Below, piece after piece: positions 33,381 to 35,959 of a stretch of 35,959 nt of DNA; the first letter of the stretch is position 1; each line of letters opens with the position of its first letter. This DNA comes from Candidatus Amesbacteria bacterium RBG_19FT_COMBO_48_16 (GTDB lineage Bacteria; Patescibacteriota; Microgenomatia; CAZETR01; Amesbacteraceae). The position numbers were made by a program, and so were the translations under genes. The notes below the pieces were generated by a model. The model saw only the letters and a list, made by a program, of their open reading frames with translations. It was not told the origin of the DNA and searched no databases. The stretch lies in assembly GCA_001775555.1 (NCBI GenBank), contig MEXE01000037.1, positions 1 to 35,959 on the forward strand, in the 5' to 3' direction.

Positions 33381-33400
33381 ATAATTAAGCCTTGCAACTT

Positions 33401-34618
33401 ATGCCACAAATAAAAAGGGTGTTTGAGGGTTTTTTTAAAAAATCGCTGCTTTTTAGGATTACAACCCTACTATTGGCTGCCGGGATGGTCTGGCTGGTTT
33501 ATACCAATACTATCGGTAAAAAGTCATCCATGCCCCAATTTCAGACTGCCAAGGTCGAAAAGGGTACCATAGTCTCGACTGTTTCCGCATCGGGTCAGGT
33601 GTTGACCACGAATATTTTATCCATAACTACAGAGGCGTCCGGGGTGGTCAAGAAAGTATATGTCAAGGACGCAGACAGGGTCTTTGCCGGGCAAAAGCTG
33701 GCCGAAGTAACTCTGGATACGGCGGGACTGGAAAAAAACGCACAGGCATTTGCCTCACTGGTCAGCGCCCAAAACGGAGTAAACTCGGCCAGGAATAGTT
33801 ACAGATCGGCTGTGGCAACTGCTGAGAAAGTATTGGACGAAGTCAAAGGGCATGACAAGGATGAGACATTTACCCAGAAGGAGTCCCGTACCAAAGCGGA
33901 AGTAGCCCGGGATAACGCTTACGACGGCATGAAATCCGCCGAAGCAAATTTGGCTGCCGCAAGTCTGAGTTACCGATCAACGACCCCGATAATTACCGCG
34001 CCTTTCTCGGGAGTAATCGGAAGTATCAATTTGGTCGAGGGGATGGTTCTGGAAAGCGCTGCTTCCACTACCAGCATTAATTCCCAAAGAGTGGCGGTCA
34101 TAAAAGGAGATTCGCTACCCGTTATTTCCGTGGGGTTAAGCGAGGTCGATGTGCCGAAGGTCAAAGTCGGACAAAAAGTGACTGTGACACTGGATTCCCT
34201 GGCCGACAAAACCTTTACCGGAGTTGTGGCAACCGTGGACAGAGTCGGGGCAACCATCAGCAATGTGACCAGCTACACCGCAAAAATAAAACTGGATCCC
34301 GCTTCCGGGGAAATCCTGCCAAATATGGCGGCGACGGCAAATGTGATTCTGGATACAAAAACGGAGGTGTTGATTGCTCCCGCGAGTGCAATTTCAACCC
34401 GCGACGGGATAAGTATTGCCAGAGTACTGAAGAATGGAAAAGAAGAGGAAATCCAAGTCGAGGCAGGACTTGTCAGTGATACAGGGGTCGAAATTATATC
34501 AGGTTTGGCTGAGGGGGAAACAGTAATTACCGGCACAATTTCCGCTGCAAGATCCTCCGGAACCCAAACCCGGTCCATATTCAGCGGAGGCTTTGGGATA
34601 GGAGGGGGATCCAGGTAA
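33401..34618 (+). CDS. Efflux periplasmic adaptor subunit (MacA-like)
   Basis: N-terminal TM, SGVVKKVYV..., ITAPFSG, SEVDV.KVK.GQ, EIISGL.EGE. Confidence 0.9.
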   Translation: MPQIKRVFEGFFKKSLLFRITTLLLAAGMVWLVYTNTIGKKSSMPQFQTAKVEKGTIVSTVSASGQVLTTNILSITTEASGVVKKVYVKDADRVFAGQKLAEVTLDTAGLEKNAQAFASLVSAQNGVNSARNSYRSAVATAEKVLDEVKGHDKDETFTQKESRTKAEVARDNAYDGMKSAEANLAAASLSYRSTTPIITAPFSGVIGSINLVEGMVLESAASTTSINSQRVAVIKGDSLPVISVGLSEVDVPKVKVGQKVTVTLDSLADKTFTGVVATVDRVGATISNVTSYTAKIKLDPASGEILPNMAATANVILDTKTEVLIAPASAISTRDGISIARVLKNGKEEEIQVEAGLVSDTGVEIISGLAEGETVITGTISAARSSGTQTRSIFSGGFGIGGGSR

Positions 34619-35280
34619 TGATTCAAATATCGGGGGTGAGTAAAATTTACAAAATAGGCGATGTTGAGACTGTAGCCCTGGATAATGTTTCTTTTGAAAT
34701 CAAAGCCGGGGAGTTTGTGGCTGTAATGGGGCCTTCGGGAAGCGGAAAATCAACCCTCATGCATATCCTGGGAGCGCTGGATAGACCGACGTCGGGGAAA
34801 TATATCCTGGACGGGGAGGAAGTCGAAAATCTGGGCGATGACGAGCTGGCAGAAATAAGAAACAAAAAAATAGGCTTTATTTTTCAAAGCTTTAATCTTC
34901 TTCCCCGGACTTCGGCAGTAAAGAATGTGACCATCCCCATGATGTATGCAGGGGTTGACAGAGATAAGAGATTTGGGACGGCGGTAAAGTATCTGAAAAT
35001 GGTGGGCTTGGAAGACAGGATGGAACACACCCCGGCACAACTTTCCGGAGGCCAGCAACAAAGAGTGGCTATTGCCCGAAGTCTGGTTATGGATCCGGCA
35101 ATAATACTGGCAGATGAACCGACCGGGAATATTGCCAGCGTTCAGGCAGAAGAGATAATGGCGATTTTCCGAAAATTAAACGACGAAGGGCGGACAATAA
35201 TCATGATTACCCATGAGGCAGATATCGCCGAACATGCAAAAAGAATAATCCATATCAGGGACGGGAGAATAAGAATATGA
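34618..35280 (+). CDS. ABC transporter ATP-binding protein (MacB/LolD-like)
   Basis: GPSGSGKST, FIFQSFNL, LSGGQQQR, ADEPTG, ITHE. Confidence 0.96.
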   Translation: MIQISGVSKIYKIGDVETVALDNVSFEIKAGEFVAVMGPSGSGKSTLMHILGALDRPTSGKYILDGEEVENLGDDELAEIRNKKIGFIFQSFNLLPRTSAVKNVTIPMMYAGVDRDKRFGTAVKYLKMVGLEDRMEHTPAQLSGGQQQRVAIARSLVMDPAIILADEPTGNIASVQAEEIMAIFRKLNDEGRTIIMITHEADIAEHAKRIIHIRDGRIRI

Positions 35281-35959
35281 ATTTGGGGGAAATCATACTG
35301 GAGTCGCTGCAAACTCTGAAGGTAAATAAACTCAGGACCGGTTTGGCAGTTTTGGGCATCGTGATCGGCATAGGAAGTGTCATTACTCTGATTTCTCTGG
35401 GTACCGGTTCACAAAAAGCTGTGGAAAGCCAGATCCAGTCTCTGGGGAGTAATTTATTAACCGTCAGACCAGGATTTGTAACCAGCGGCAGAATAAGAGG
35501 GGCTGCGGGAGGCGGAACGACTTTGACTTTGGCCGACGCCGAGGCAATTGCCAGTTCCCCCAAAGTAACTAACGTTTCCCGGGTTTCCCCGGAGGTGGAA
35601 AGAAGAAGCCAAGTGACAACCGCGAAGGCAAATACGAATACCCAAGTCTACGGAGTAACTCCGACCTACTCCGAAGTCCACAAGGTCGAAATACAAGTAG
35701 GATCTTTTATCACCCAAAGGGATACGGATTCGATGACCAAGGCGGCTGTTTTGGGACCGCAGGTAGTCAGTGACCTGTTTGGAGAAGGAGCTGTACCCGT
35801 AGGTCAGACTATCCGGATAGAAGGACAAAGTTTCAGAATAATCGGGGTAACTGTAAGTCGGGGAGGTACGGGTTTTCAGAATCGGGACGATGTGGTCTAT
35901 ATTCCCCTAACCACAGCGCAAAAAATATTGTACGGGATAGATTACCTCTCCTCGATTGC
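35277..35959 (+). CDS. ABC permease (MacB/FtsX-like), truncated at the window end
   Basis: ATGA overlap; MNLGEIILESLQTLKVNKLRTGLAVLGIVIGIGSVITLISLGTG...LGSNLLTVRPG; frame open to the end. Confidence 0.92.
   Translation, partial: MNLGEIILESLQTLKVNKLRTGLAVLGIVIGIGSVITLISLGTGSQKAVESQIQSLGSNLLTVRPGFVTSGRIRGAAGGGTTLTLADAEAIASSPKVTNVSRVSPEVERRSQVTTAKANTNTQVYGVTPTYSEVHKVEIQVGSFITQRDTDSMTKAAVLGPQVVSDLFGEGAVPVGQTIRIEGQSFRIIGVTVSRGGTGFQNRDDVVYIPLTTAQKILYGIDYLSSI

Noticed and set aside
1-35959. CRISPR array or cas genes
   Set aside because: No regularly spaced repeats with unique 25-45 nt spacers; repeats are separated by whole genes and no cas-like ORF is present.

Overview
A 36 kb bacterial chromosomal segment. 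The compact gene spacing, dockerin protein, monoderm-type type IV pilus cluster and near absence of Shine-Dalgarno sites suggest a Patescibacteria/CPR (Microgenomates-like) genome; this is an inference. Core genes are secA, serS, lysS, greA, lon, an L,D-transpeptidase, a pilB-pilC-pilin operon and a two-component/MacAB-like ABC operon (last gene truncated). Two tRNA-Glu(CUC) genes bracket a 4.2 kb accessory block. Main observations: (1) the serS leader is a complete transcription-attenuating T-box riboswitch with an ultrashort Stem I (K-turn, 6-bp stem, apical Ser UCC specifier) and a dispersed palindrome inserted in Stem II; (2) the last 24 nt of secA recur twice downstream (24/24 and 20/24 identity), delimiting integrase-free AT-rich cassettes that carry a Fic toxin with an unannotated 55-aa antitoxin, a BrnTA pair and a divergent AroE; (3) a three-copy double-hairpin element shows covariation and nested insertions, and there are several other REP-like palindrome families, some in-frame within genes; (4) regulatory sites include pervasive leaderless-type promoters, a greA leader terminator, a CIRCE-like operator on lon and an OmpR-type box. 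No CRISPR array, integrase or transposase is visible. All alignments and GC values are hand counts, not database results.
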